Shown here piece by piece: positions 1 to 13,824 of a stretch of DNA of 64,000 bases. Within the stretch, counting starts at the first letter, position 1, and each line of letters begins with the position of its first letter. The stretch is from Octopus vulgaris. Taxonomy: Eukaryota. The DNA lies in NCBI GenBank assembly GCA_951406725.2, contig OX597818.1, positions 100,626,001-100,690,000 of the forward strand, read 5' to 3'. The notes beneath the pieces are model-generated. The model saw only the letters and a program-made list of their open reading frames with translations. It had not been told where the DNA came from and did no database searches. The position numbers were made by a program, and so were the translations under genes.

Positions 1-206
1 AGCTAGAGATAATATGATTTATTGTTTCTTGTCCATCTCCACATATTCTGCAGTTACTTGTAATATTTCTTTTCATTACATGTTTTTGGTAATTTCTGGT
101 GGGGAGGCTTTGGTCTTGTGCTGCAATTAAAAATCCCTCTGTTTCTGCTTTGAGTCCTGAGCTTCTCAACCATTGCTGGGATTTTTCATTGTCTATTTCT
201 TTTGCG

Positions 207-210
<4 letters not shown>
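1..210 (-). mobile_element. 5'-truncated R4/Dong LINE fragment (CCHC region), running off the window start
   Basis: Near-identical by eye to 31246-31455 of the full-length element (WLRSSGLKAETEGFLIAAQDQSL...CRICG); its 5' truncation abuts a (TTA)n array. Confidence 0.9.
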
Positions 211-265
<55 letters not shown>

Positions 266-302
266 CATCATCATTATTACTATTATTGTTATTATTATTA
301 TT

Positions 303-857
303 GAGTGAGAGAGCAGTGTATGCCATCAAATTGACACTGGGGTAATATATACGAAGCTCAGTATACACATCAAGACCACCCGTCTGATAAGGGTACACTA
401 GACACATGCATCACAACCATATGTGCGCGACATGGTGATCTCATATCAAAATAAACAGTACATGACCTTGCAGGTGTGGGCCCAGTTAGAGTTTTCTTCT
501 GGTCGAGTAACCCATCCCGCTCATAAAGTCCCTAACTAAGGGTTATTTAAGGATGTTGAACGAAACACCCATGTCTTTGGAGATGAATTATTCAAGCCCT
601 AAATAATCCCTCTCAACACATGGCTATGATGTTCCCCACCACATCTGTTCGTTGTCAGAGATACACATATCGTCAGCCACTAACGGACATGCTCAGCTGG
701 TTAAGGTCAAACAACTGACAAGCAAATCTGCGGTATTGAGCAGAATATTTGTTGTATCCCATCCTTTATACCAAGACAAAACAATGTACATAATAATGCT
801 TCCAGTCAGTTAGGATCAGAAGCTACGAGAGCCACTGAATGGTACTGCATCAGGGCA
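303..857. mobile_element. ~555-bp non-coding interspersed element flanked by (TTA)n on both sides, copy 1
   Basis: Runs from gagtgagagagcagtg to actgcatcagggca, with no credible ORF; a second copy lies at 2493-3034. Confidence 0.7.
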
Positions 858-898
858 ATTATTATTATTATTGTTGTTGTTATTATTATTATTATTAT

Positions 899-980
<82 letters not shown>

Positions 981-1208
981 TTTTCACATAAACATGCACG
1001 TGTACCCATATATACACAGTTACAGATATGTATTTACTATAGGTATACACTACTATATACATTGTGTTTGCTTTTATATTCATATTCTATAATATGATAG
1101 TTGCAAGCATATATATTGTACATTCTTCAGAAGAATGATTCTATGACATACGTTTTGTATTATACAGAACAATCGCTTTTAGGAATAATAGATAATAAAT
1201 TATTTCAG

Positions 1209-1350
1209 TGTATAGTGTAAACGGTAGAGGTGACTGTGCTGTATTCGAAGTGAATTTCACTAACGTATATGGAGTTGACACATGCTTCTGTACAAATAAC
1301 TGGTTTCTTCATAACTTGGATAACTGCATCTATTCATTTGGAGACGGAAG
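1209..1350 (+). CDS. Isolated 142-bp Cys-rich exon candidate (xYSVNGRGDCAVFEVNFTNVYGVDTCFCTNNWFLHNLDNCIYSFGDG), phase 1/2
   Basis: Acceptor ttatttcag| at 1208, consensus donor AAG|gtaagt at 1351, and a stop-free frame between them. It could belong to a pseudogene. Confidence 0.5.
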
Positions 1351-1994
1351 GTAAGTAAGTTGATGATTTCTGAGAATTAAACATTAAAAATGAACTTATC
1401 AAACGCTCGAACAATGTGTTGACGGGTTCCTAATTAGTACTGCTCAGTTTTTGCGACGCACCAAGTTTCGTCGGTGAAATGTTTGTTTACAAAATCTACA
1501 GGGCCTAACAACACCGATTTTTATATTGACTTTGTCTAACATAATTCCCACTACAGGCCCAGCAGGGAACAGTTAAAATAAGACCATGTAACAAAAACAA
1601 GTTTCTTCGTCTTTCTTGCGGAATATTTCAGTTTTCTCAAGCATTCATCGCACATTTACATAGGTATCCCTCCGTTTCCCGTACTCATTTATTTGACATG
1701 GTCAAAATGTAACCTACACTGTAGCATATATGAAAGGTTTTCTGGTTCTCGGTGGGTAAATCCCTACAAAATCAAAGTGATTCGGCTAAACTGTTTGTAA
1801 TCTTCTCTTTTCACACGTCAATTACCCTTTATTATCAACATATTTCCTGAAATCAAAATTTCCTTTCGACCAACATACACCAACACTTCTTTACTCTTAT
1901 GATGACCCTATATACTAGTCTTATCATCTTTGCTCTACATACATCTCCATTTTCTTCACTTCGTCTGTAGAAATGCATGTGCATTCTGAATTAC

Positions 1995-2068
1995 AAAGAG
2001 GCCTAACCATCAGAACGTCGAAATATCGGTGGCTTCAAATTTTGACGTTCTGGTGGTTAGGCCTCTTT
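1995..2068. other. 74-nt hairpin with ~30-bp stem
   Basis: aaagaggcctaaccatcagaacgtcgaaat ... attttgacgttctggtggttaggcctcttt; two mismatches, both G-U compatible on the + strand. Confidence 0.85.
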
Positions 2069-2320
2069 CATCCGTACTGGACTCGGAGAATCGAAACATG
2101 CTAACGAATGTAATCAGTTATCCTGTATTTTCATGGGAATGATTCGTCTTAAATACTGTATTTGTTGGCTACGAAATAATACAGAAAATAGGTGAAAAGT
2201 AAGAAGCCGCCGGACAAAACGATATATATAATATGCTTGACACTCGAACCATGTAGGCATGCACTCTCACTGGTAAATCCCATACACATCGTAGTCTGAA
2301 AACTTACGCAAAACAATATT

Positions 2321-2378
<58 letters not shown>

Positions 2379-2391
2379 ACATCATCATAAT

Positions 2392-2392
<1 letters not shown>

Positions 2393-2452
<60 letters not shown>

Positions 2453-3081
2453 CATCATCATCATTATTACTACTATTGTTATTATTATTATTGAGTGAGA
2501 GAGCAGTGTATGCCATCAAACTGACACTGGGGTAATATATACGAAGCCCAGTATACACATCACAACCACCCGTCTGATAAGGGTACACTAGACACATGCA
2601 TCACAACCATATGTGCGCGACATGGTGATCTCATATCAAAATAAACAGTACATGACCTTGCAGGTGTGGGCCCAGTTAGAGTAACCCATCCCGCTCAAAA
2701 AGTCCCTGACTAAGGGTTATTTAAGGAGGTTGAACGAAACACCCATGTCTTTGGAGATGAATTATTCAAGCCCTAAATAATCCCTCTCAACACATGGCTA
2801 TGATGTTCCCCACCACTTCTGTTCGTGATCAGAGATACACATATCGTCAGCCACTAACGGACATGCATGTCAGCTGGTTAAGGTCAAACAACTGACAAGC
2901 AAATCTGCGGTATTGAGCAGAATATTTGTTGTATCCCATCTTTTATACCAAGACAAAACAATGTACGTAATAACACTTCCAGTCAGTTAAGATCAGAAGC
3001 TACGAGAGCCACTGACTGGTACTGCATCAGGGCAATTATTATTATTATTGTTGCTGTTGATATTATTATTATTATTATTAA

Positions 3082-3170
<89 letters not shown>

Positions 3171-3361
3171 TTTTCACATAAAAATGCACGTGTACCCATA
3201 TATACACAGTTACAGATATGTATTTACTATAGGTATACACTACTATATACATTGTGTTTGCTTTTATATTCATATTCTATAATATGATAGTTGCAAGCAT
3301 ATATATTGTACATTCTTAAGAAGAATGATTCTATGACATACGTTTTGTATTATACAGAACA
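2393..3361 (+). repeat. ~970-bp direct duplication of ~208-1171 (offset 2190 bp), including the TTA arrays, the 555-bp element and unique flank
   Basis: gagtgaga at 303/2493 and tatacagaac at 1161/3351; the copies share microsatellite interruptions and differ by small indels. Confidence 0.95.
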
Positions 3362-3741
3362 GATATATATTTACTATAGGTATACACTACTGTATACATT
3401 GTGTTTGCTTTTATATTCATATTCTATAATACCTACATTTGACAAAATGTAACAATGTCCAATTCTGAATGTAAAATAACTGAAACAAAAAGTGGTTTAA
3501 TATCTCACATGTCTCTAGTCCTACACGAAATAAGGTTATTCGTTCAAATCGTTCCTTATCGGAATAAATTATTTTACACGTCCCAATTCACAGAACCGTC
3601 GAAAGCAATTTACCGCATCAAACGTTATTCGTTCTCACTTTAGCGTGGCAGTTCGTCCTTCTCTCTTTTCTACTAATTCTGTTCGAATAACAAGCTATCT
3701 TTATAAAATACATTGTTTTCGCATTCCTTTGTACCTCACCA

Positions 3742-3777
<36 letters not shown>

Positions 3778-4080
3778 GTTGTTGTTGTGTTGTTGCTTTG
3801 GTTTCAAACATCCAGTACTTATTCGCTTTCTTTTGATTGGCAGTGATTTCGGTGCTTTCTTACAATATCTTTGTCCATCTATAATTTTAGGCCATCTTGC
3901 GTTTGTCTAGCATTTTTCCCTGTTTTCAGCTGTCTCTCCATGCTTATCACTTTTCCTTTGATATGTTTCATGTGTTTTCATATGTATTATTTATACTTTC
4001 TCAGTCAATCTCTTATGCACACAAATACATATTTAAGTGTGTGTGTTTGTATGTGTATATAGGGTATAGAGTAATATAGA

Positions 4081-4173
<93 letters not shown>

Positions 4174-4278
4174 AGAGAGAGAGAGATATGTATGTGTGTG
4201 AATGTATATTTCAGTACACACAGGCACATACACATAGGTACCCCCACATGTATGTATACACATACACACACACATATA

Positions 4279-4342
<64 letters not shown>

Positions 4343-4432
4343 TATGTGAGTGTGTCTGTGTAGTAGAATATAAACATGTATTACACCATATCCCATATCC
4401 ATATACAGTAGAAATACACACAATGACACGAA

Positions 4433-4506
<74 letters not shown>

Positions 4507-6015
4507 GGCATGCATATCTACACATACACATAAAGTGTATGCGTTAGCGTGCCTGTCGGGAACATAATATATCATCAATATTGCAAATAATTTTTCTCAA
4601 TTACTTTTGTGAAGAATTCTCCTGATCCATAAAATGCTGTTTATATTTCTTTTGACATAAGATAATACATTATCAGTTAAGGAAAACTAATTAATGCTTT
4701 AAGGTTTATCCGACTTGAAACAAACTGTCTAGCTGATAAAACTATATCTATTTAGCCATTCTATTTGAAGATAGTGCTAATGATGCATGTAGTCGGTTGG
4801 GACAACTCAGTGCAAATCTATATCTTATTATTCTGTGACACACTAAATAAGAATTACTGTTGCATTCTTAAGTCAGTTGATTCTAAGTTTCTAAAGAGGC
4901 TGCCATGTTTAGTTATTCATATCTAACGTGTTGTAGCAGAAAACATTCTGTGGGATATTTTAATTATATACATCAACTAACAGTGAATATTTGATATGTA
5001 AAAAACGTGCATGCATCTATATTTACCTGAGAAAAATGTGTATATACAAACTACACTATGTAAAAATCTCAAAAAGATATAAATGTATACCGACTACTAT
5101 TTGAACAGAAATGAAACAGTGTGACAGAGAAAATATATATATATTAGGTAGTTTTTCGTTATTATTTGTTAGAATTTTGCACAACTTATGAATATGCAAC
5201 ATTACATAAAGATTAGAGAGTGCATAGCTCAATAAAGATTGAAATATTTTCTCTATACATTGAACCTCCGGTCTTATTTTATGCCTTATTTTCTCTACGT
5301 GTCTGTTTAATAGTTATCTTGCGAAATACGTTCAGTAAACTAATGTATTTTTAATGTTGCTGCTTGTCGTTGTCATTATAGCGTCTCGCATCAGCCGTGA
5401 AATTAAATATTTGGGTCGGCGATTGCAAATATATATGCAAATTTCTTCTTGGATTATATTATGCTGCATGATCATTGTATCTATAAAGAAAATAGAGGTT
5501 GAAAGGAAAGTATTCACTGTTATTTCTTGGGGTCAGCGATTGCTTGTATGCGTCATTATTGGCTCAAATAGGTTCAAATTAGCGTAGGATTGAAATTTGA
5601 CTAATTCCACGTTGATATTTTTTTATCGGATATTGTATAAATTCACTCACGACATTTTGTTACTCTAAATAATATTGTAATAAGCGACTATTTGTATTTC
5701 AATATACACATGCACACAGCCGCACACACTCCAAAAAGACATACACAAAATAAACACACACACACACACACATATATACGTATGTTTATGTATATATATA
5801 TATATATATATATATGTTTGTTTATAATAAGAAATATGTAAATCTCATGGGTTACCCTATAATTTCGTAGAGAAGAATTTATTATTCTTATACAAGAATA
5901 TAACTGACAGTGACTTCGAATTTTCGGACTGCTAAACCTGTCTCAAACTTCAAGGTCACTATCAGCAATATCCTTGCTGACGAATAATATATCCATATAC
6001 AAATATATACATTTG

Positions 6016-6080
<65 letters not shown>

Positions 6081-6786
6081 ATAGATATATTAATAGAGAG
6101 ATAGATACGTGTGATTTTTAGTTCTGTGATGGTAGTTAAAGGATTCTTTAGGAGAAATAACATATGTAAATAGGTATTACATATTTATAAATTTGAATAT
6201 CCATAAAATGAAATGTATTCACGGTGGAGTTTGATAAATGTCTGAACAAGAACAGTATCATGATTTATTTAAATATTGATTTGTAAGTGAAGCGTCATTC
6301 GGAATAGAAGACTGTAATTTCTGTAAAGAATGAAATCAAGATAAATCCATACTAGCATGAATAAATTTTATTAACACTCTCATGACATTGTAATCTATTT
6401 TCTGTTTTTGTTGTATTGCAAATCAGAGTTGTTTTGCATGTTTGTGTTCAAAGTATGAGATTTATATTGGGCCCTTGTCTAACTCAAATATATTGTCAGG
6501 ACTTCGGTCTGGTTGCCCATCGTGTGTAGAAATCATACAGACGTGAAACATGCAGAAAACTTCAACATAACATTATACGTATGCCATTTGGTCAAACAGC
6601 CATTCTGAGATGAGCTCATGTGTAGTAGATGGACCTAGTCAATAGACATTGGACTCTAATTATACTTGGGTATGAGTTTGAGGTGCTTTAGTTGAAGGAT
6701 TCGCTAAGTAATGAGGACGTAAACAAACCAAAACAGCCTATCAAGTTGTGGTGGTGGAGACAAACAGCAAAGCACAAACTCAGACC

Positions 6787-6826
<40 letters not shown>

Positions 6827-6899
6827 CGCCGGGTCATAGTGCTAGTGTATGCATATACAGCTGCGTGTGTGTGCAGATACACGCGAGTACTGTCCAAAT

Positions 6900-7170
6900 C
6901 TCCGACCAATCACATACAGCTAGCTGGCATTCAATTGGCGTATCAAGTTTCGGGTATTTTGATTGGATTTTGGATAGAAAATTCACAAAAAGTCAATTCT
7001 ATTGTTTTTTTAATGGCTTCGCGGGGTGCGTGGCGAAATGTAAAGATGTGCACGACCACCTTGGACGGTTTTGAATGACCATAGAATGTGCGAGCCATCT
7101 AACTGCAAAATTGTGGATTTGTATAAAGGATACGCACAGACATACATTTTGCCGTTTTTATATAGAAAGA
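6900..7170 (-). mobile_element. Non-autonomous Helitron 5' part (decayed)
   Basis: Ends ...acagacatacatttttgccgtttttatatagaaagat, i.e. 5'-TCTTTCTATATAAAA on the minus strand, like the other Helitron 5' ends in the window. Confidence 0.5.
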
Positions 7171-7194
7171 TATATATTTTAAAATAAATCGTTC

Positions 7195-7500
7195 GGTGGT
7201 TAGAGCGTCGGGCTCACATTTACTAGGTTGTGAGTTAAATTTTCGGATAGGGCTGTGTGTTATCTTCTTCTAGAGCAACACACTTCATTTCGCGTTGCTG
7301 CAGTTCACTCAGCTGTAGAAATGAGTTACGACGTCACTGTTGCCAAGCGGTATCGGCATTTGCCTTTTCCTTAGATAACATCAGTAGCGTTGCGAGGAGA
7401 GGCTGGTATGCATGGTCGACTGCTGGTCTTACATTAACAATTCTGCCCGGTCTTGTGCCTCAGAGGGAAACTTTCTTGGTGCAATCTCATTGTCATATAA
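7195..7500 (+). mobile_element. tRNA-derived SINE (older family)
   Basis: A-box-like ggtggttagagcg, then cacttcatttcgcgttgctgcagttcactcagctgtagaaatgagt; a related minus-strand copy lies at ~11560-11810. Confidence 0.6.
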
Positions 7501-8009
7501 GGACAGACGGAGGTCCTTCATTCGAAGAAATTACAACGGAACACACTTTTATTCGATGATCTTCATTAGCTTACGGCTGTACCCATCATATACGTATGTG
7601 TGTATTCTTGGTTGTGTGTGTATGTGTGTGTGCTCGCATTTCTTTTATGTCTCCATCTACCAGATTCCCCCATAAATTTTGGTTTCTTTGTAGAGGATAC
7701 TTCCTCAAAGTGCTGTTAAGTGGGACCGAACCCAAACTAACGTGATGGCGAAGCAGATTTTCAATGACGCAACCACGTCTGTGTCAGTGTGTCAAGCGTT
7801 TACATAACATGAGACTTCCATGCAAAGACCCTCTGCAAGTACTTAGCTCGGATCTATTTCATATGTCTAGACAAATCTTATATAATGATAGGTTTTCTGT
7901 TAAATAACTTATCAAGAGCAAGGTCATATGTATAAAAATAATTATACATCATTATGCTCTATACAAGTGTGTATAATTTGTCTTTCTGTTCAAATGATAC
8001 AGATCTCGA

Positions 8010-9953
8010 TGCTATGTCTTTTCGTCCGATGCCACTTCGTGAAACGTCTTCCACGTCTTTTCGTCCGATGTCTTTTTGTCCCACGACATTCTCCCCAATT
8101 TTAAATAAACTCTTTAGAGAACAAGGTGAAATATCTCCAATGATATATTCACATAACTATAAGAAGCCCCATTATAGGAATGTTATTATCGTTCTTTTTC
8201 CTTCTCTGTTAACAGGTTTACTTTCTTTTTTTCCTCCTCTCTTAAGAGTGGCGCAGTGTATATTTTTGGTTTACCCATCCCGAAATGAGAAAGTTCATAG
8301 TATCGGCCAGAACAAAACAAAAATAGTTGATTAAAGTAATTACAACTATAATTTTCATTCAAGCAATACAAATGTAGGAAAGGAATACTAGAGATGGGAG
8401 AAAAGAAGGCTGTGTTCAATGCGAATTCACACGATAACGGAAAACAATGAGCCGAAAATTACTTATTTTTCTAGTGAGCACCTTCATCCAGCTGATGTAG
8501 ATTTGTTAAATGCTAGAAAAGCAGTTGCGGAAATAAAGCATGAAGCGGTGGTAAACAAAAATTACTTGCTCTCAACCTCCTTGTTTGCATGTGATTTCAA
8601 AGACTATTCAAAGGTACCGACAAAATGTTCTGGATTTGCCGCTAATCTAGGGGCTAGAACTGGTTTTGAAGTACCTGACGAATATTGTAAACTTGGTAAA
8701 GGCGAACAGTTTCTGAGATACTAATCGGGTATCGAGGACCGACAGCGCATAATAATATTTGCATCAGAAAGTGCTCTTCAGGATATATCATCATATCTTC
8801 ATTGGCCATGTGATGGAACGTTCAAATTTGTGTCGGAACAGTGGTTTCAACTGTTTAGCATTCATTCACAAGTTACAGGTAGCCGTTTTCAAAGGGCGGA
8901 TTTTTGCATTACTGCCGAATAAAACAAATCAGACATACGAATTATTTTTGGAGCAATTGAAAATTATGCATGCTAATTCGTATCCGCTTGATCTCATGGC
9001 AGATTTCGAAGTTGCAGTTCCTAAGGCATTTAATTCATCATTTCCTAATCCATCTATCATGGTATTTTTTTTTTCATTTGAGCCAATCACTATTTCGAAA
9101 AATTACAGATTTAGGCTTCAAAGAAAAATGCAATAAAGACTCTCAATTCTGTCTTAAAATTCGATGCTTTAAGCATAAGTCTTCCTATCAATTGAAGGTG
9201 TTGAAGAGGCGGTGTGTATATATTTATTAATATTAATATTAATTTTATATAGAATACAAAAAGTATTGGGCGAGAAAATAGCATTGATATCAAAAAACGT
9301 CGATAAATTATTACTGCCACCAAATAAATTAGTGCTGTCATCATTGTGAGAGGACATGGTGCTAGATGAATGAGAGCACCACCTACATTCCCTATAGTTA
9401 TAGGGAACGTTAACCAGCATATTCTTCAAGATTTTCCCAGAAGAGAGAATGCCGCGGAAGCGTACCATAGTGCGATAAAACCTTCGGCGGTTGGAGCACA
9501 TTTGAATACTTGGAAATTAATTAAAACTCTGAAGGAAGTGGATGAGTTCGTTCAAGGTAGAACGACTCAAATTCTCCAAGGAGATCCGCCGAATTCGTAT
9601 ACACGACATCGAAGAATAACTGAACACCTCAAAACATTGGTCACTGATTATGTGTCAACAAGAAAAAATGATTTTTTGAAGAGTGTGGCATATACTTTGC
9701 ATCAATTTTAAGTGCTCATCATAAATCATTAGTTATATCTTATTACTTTTTTAAAATGACATTTTCCACATTTATTTTCCTTGAATTCTATCATTAACAT
9801 TCTCAATGATATTTGATGTTGATGAGCACCGTGTTTTCTAAAGATTTGGTTTAAAATTGAACAAAAAGTTGTTGGACAAAAAAGTCATCGAACAAAAGAC
9901 GTGGATGAAGTGAGTCTGGACAATATGACATCGGATGAAAAGTCGGGTTACGG
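8010..9953 (+). mobile_element. Mutator-like (MULE) DNA transposon, decayed transposase
   Basis: ~100-bp TIRs built of ttttcgtccgatg-like subrepeats (8012-8128 / 9828-9953). Frameshifted transposase pieces: EQFLRY*SG..RIIIFASE..WPCDGTFK, FALLPNKTNQTY, MADFEVAV..AF, FHLSQSLFRKI, PPTFP..N..EAYH. Confidence 0.9.
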
Positions 9954-10750
9954 CAGGTCTCATATCTAGTTCATGTTGAAATTTGTTGACATTGTTTTTC
10001 ATTCCACATCGAAGTCTCGGTCACGAAGGAGATGTTTGGAGACTATAGAGGATGAATATCATATGCGATTAATGTAAGCTTTATATATAAGATATCCTAA
10101 TTGTAATTCACCGGTTATATTCCTTAGTTCTTTAGAGTTTTGATTATATATTTAGCAGTCGACACTGAAACTATTTGTATACTAATGTCACGTCAATCTA
10201 ATGTAATATATTTCTTCTCCAAACGTCATTGGAATGAGTAAATGCATTCTTTTCACAAATATATACACGATATTACGGGTCCCTAACTCAACCCCAGCCG
10301 TGTTTATAGTTCTTTAGTCTTTTATTCCTCCTTCACTCTATCCATTGTTGTCTTGTCTTGCAGCCCAAATGATTTTTTCTTGTATCTATTATTATCATTT
10401 TAATTGTTTTCGTGTGGCCCAAATCTTTTATTCTGTTTCTTGTTTTCTTATTGTTTTAGTCCCATTCCGGTAAGTTTCTTGCCAATGCCTCCAGAGTGGA
10501 AGCCATATTATCGATAATGGCCTAAATTGTGCTTGACGCACTTGTCGATAACTGAAGAGAATTTGGTGACCGTCTGTTTTTTCCTTTCATCTGTGTATTT
10601 AATATATGTTCGTATGTTTATTGTCGACACGTTTTTAATATATACATATTAAAAACTAATGTATGATAACATTTTTTTCGAAAAATTTTTTATCAATAGC
10701 CAGTATATCAAAAAATACCTTTAAAGGTTAAATTTATAAACAACTTTTAA

Positions 10751-11422
10751 AATAAGGGCAAAAGAAAAATTCTAATGCCAAATATGCCCCCAAAAAGACA
10801 AAATTGTCAATAACCATTATAATCTATGCGTCCCGAAACATGCCGACAGAAATTTCTAAAAAATTCCGTTATCACCGTATTGGTCCCAATTTCGGGGTTA
10901 ATTCATAAGAATGTTCCCCTCGTTAGCGATAAATACGTAAGACATAAATGAAATACTTACTCATACCCATGGAAAAAGCAAGCACTAAGTCCTGAGCAGA
11001 CCTAAGTACCCCAAATATATCCAGAATAGAAAATCTTCAGTACATCTCGAGACACGTGTGATACGATCTAGAATCTTTCACAGAATGAGGGAATCCGAAA
11101 GTGAACACTATTAAATTTATAACTAATGAAGGATAAAATGTTTTCGAAAGTTTCTAGATCGAATCACACGTGTCTCGAGATGTGCTGAAGATTTTCTATT
11201 CTGGATATATTTGGGGTATTTCATTTATGTCTTACGTATTTATCGCTGACGAGGGGAAAATTCTTATGAATTAACACCGAAATTGGGACCTATACGGTAA
11301 TAACGGAATTTTTTTAGAAATTTCTATCGGCATGGTTCGGGACGCATAAATTATAATGGCTATTGACAATTTTGCCTTTTTTTCGGCATATTTGGTATTA
11401 GAATTTTTCTTTTGCCCTTATT
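10751..11422. repeat. Large fold-back (arms ~280-330 bp, spacer ~65 bp)
   Basis: aataagggcaaaagaaaaattctaat...gatctagaa is mirrored by ttctagatc...attagaatttttcttttgcccttatt; the left arm has a ~50-bp extra segment (~10957-11009). Confidence 0.95.
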
Positions 11423-12641
11423 ATATATATATATATATATATATAATACAGTTATGTCATATTTTCTGTTGTCCTTTAATTTAATCCTGACAACATATAT
11501 ATATAGGGTGGATTGCGTGCGTGCTTATTATGGTATCGACCAGTTTATCTGATGTTGTTATACATTACTGGTCGCAATGCGTTTTACAATGATATAATCA
11601 TTAAATGATGCCACGTCACCAGCAGGCCAACAATTCCTGATTGGAGTTCTTTTTCCGTCGCTGGGTTACCCATTTGCAGATGATTGAACTGGAGCAACGT
11701 GAAATTAAATGTTTAAACAATAAAAGATCGCGTCGCCTGACCCTTTAATTGAACGCACGATCTAGTAATCCTGAGTACAATCTAATAACCACTAGGCCAT
11801 GCGCCTTCACATTCACATGCACCTTCACGCGCGCACACACGCATCTTTACGTGTATACATATATATATGTGTGTGTGTGTGTACGTATGTGTGTCTGTGT
11901 CTATATATTCGTGTATGTGTGTCTGTGTGTGTGTGTGTCTATGTCTGTGTGTCTGTGTATGCGTATATTAATATTAATATTGATTTAATATAGAATACAA
12001 ACAAATATTGGGCGAAGAAATAACATTAACATCACAAAAAAACAGAGATAAATTATTACTGTCACCAAATAAACAATAAATATGGATCATTTAATAGCTT
12101 CAAAGAAGAGTATGTTGATTTATTTTACCAGCAACAAGGGAAATAATCTCGGTACAATGATAAATGCATTTTCTTCCACATTCCAAATGACATAAACGCA
12201 GGTAACCGTAAATGGTATATCATAACTAGATAAAGAATTACGACGTATATCAAATAATATTTACACTCTGCTTGTAGAAATTATTATCCAGTTATCGATG
12301 ATTTTTGTGTGTTTATCAAAGTTAATAAATTTATTGAAAATATTAGTAATTCGTTTTTCACTAAGAAAGAGAGAAAATAAATAGAATATAAATGGATTTA
12401 AGATCGCGTTAGATTTTAGGTTGTAGAAATGTTATGGTATCATATTCTTGAACGTATCTTGAATGAATATATGTATTCTTCGTGAGAAGGTATATTGAAA
12501 ACTAATTCGTGTTCGTGTATTTGTGTGTGTGTGTATGTGTGTGTATGAGTGTGTGTGTGTAAAGAGGGGAAATGTTAAATACTCGTAGTTCCCTCGGATA
12601 TCACAAGTAAATATCATTCTAAAATATTGCTCTAAATGTTC

Positions 12642-12993
12642 GGCTGTGTGGTAAGTAGCTTGCTTACGAACCACATGGTTCCGGATTCAGTCCCACTGCG
12701 TGACACCTTGAGCAGGTGTCTTCTACTATAGTCTCGGGCCGACGAAAATCTTGGTAGACGGAAACTGAAAGAAGCGTGTGTGTTTATATGTTTGTTTGTC
12801 TGTGTTTGTCCTCCCCAATATCACTTGATAACCGATGCTAGTGTGATTACGTACCCGTAACTTAGCGGTTCGGCAAAAGAGACCGATAGAATACGTACTA
12901 GGCTTACAAAGAATAAGTTCTGGGGTCGATTTGTTCGACTAAAAGCGATGCTCCAGCATGGTCACGGTCAAATGACTGAAGCAAGCAAAAGAG
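12642..12993 (+). mobile_element. tRNA-derived SINE, major family (octopus-type)
   Basis: Head ggctgtgtggtaagtagcttg...ggattcagtccc, body gtagacggaaactgaaagaag, tail gctccagcatggtcacggtcaaatgactgaa; many copies in the window. Confidence 0.9.
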
Positions 12994-13311
12994 TTTTTAA
13001 AAAGACTTGTACAATCTGGGTAATGATACCAAAATGGAAATATGTCTTCCACAAAGACGTGGGTGTTTGCTATTTTATATATGTTTAGACATGCCATGCT
13101 TTCTAATAGGCTATTAGGAAGAAAACTTAGAAACTGCCTCTGAAGCTTCAATCAATTAAATACTATTTAAAAATGCAAAGACTGAATTTATGTTTATACT
13201 TCATGATACGATTGGATAAAACAGATTTTACTGATTTCCATACTAGATATATATTTGTCATTGATATAAGTCGAGACACTAATTTACATACACATCATTC
13301 TTATTATATGA

Positions 13312-13824
13312 CTAGCAGTATCGCCCGGCGTTGCTCGGGTTTGTAAGGGAAATAACTATATAAGCATTTTTAGAGAGTTACTTCCCTTATAGATGCAAAT
13401 TTGGGCTTTCTTAGCCATTTCTGTTTTGGTGTCTTCAAGCCATGAAGTCGTTGTTCTAAAAGAACGCTGGTCTCCTTGACAACGCTTTACGACGTTAATT
13501 TCCTTACACTCCCTTCCCCACAGCTTCACGAGGGAGGGAAGAAGGGGGAGAAGCAAACAGGTGCAGGTGTGACCATGGACGCCAACTCCGCCGCCATCGA
13601 CACACGAAAAATTATGCATTAAAATGGAATAAAAAATGATGTTAAATTATTTTTAAAATCGTAGACTCATCGTAGACGCGCGCAAATACTCAGACGGGCT
13701 CGATATGAATCACGACTATAAGATACCCGGTTTTGGTTAAACTGCACCGCAAAATGTGGGAGTAGTTAGGAATCTAAATCGAAGGGGACAGACACTCACA
13801 CAACTACAGTTTTATATATAGAGA
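13312..13824 (-). mobile_element. Complete non-autonomous Helitron (513 bp)
   Basis: Minus strand begins TCTCTATATATAAAA and ends with hairpin CCCGagcaacgcCGGG + cgatactgCTAG, inserted between A and T with no TSD. Confidence 0.9.

Noticed and set aside
2149-2295. Minus-strand terminal exon with a hydrophobic C-terminus
   Set aside because: Only a plausible AG acceptor supports it; hydrophobicity is expected from T-rich DNA and no partner exons were found on that strand.
5904-5965. Hammerhead-like fold on the minus strand (11-bp outer stem)
   Set aside because: The core reads CUUGAAG and no NUH triplet is correctly placed; it is only a hairpin.
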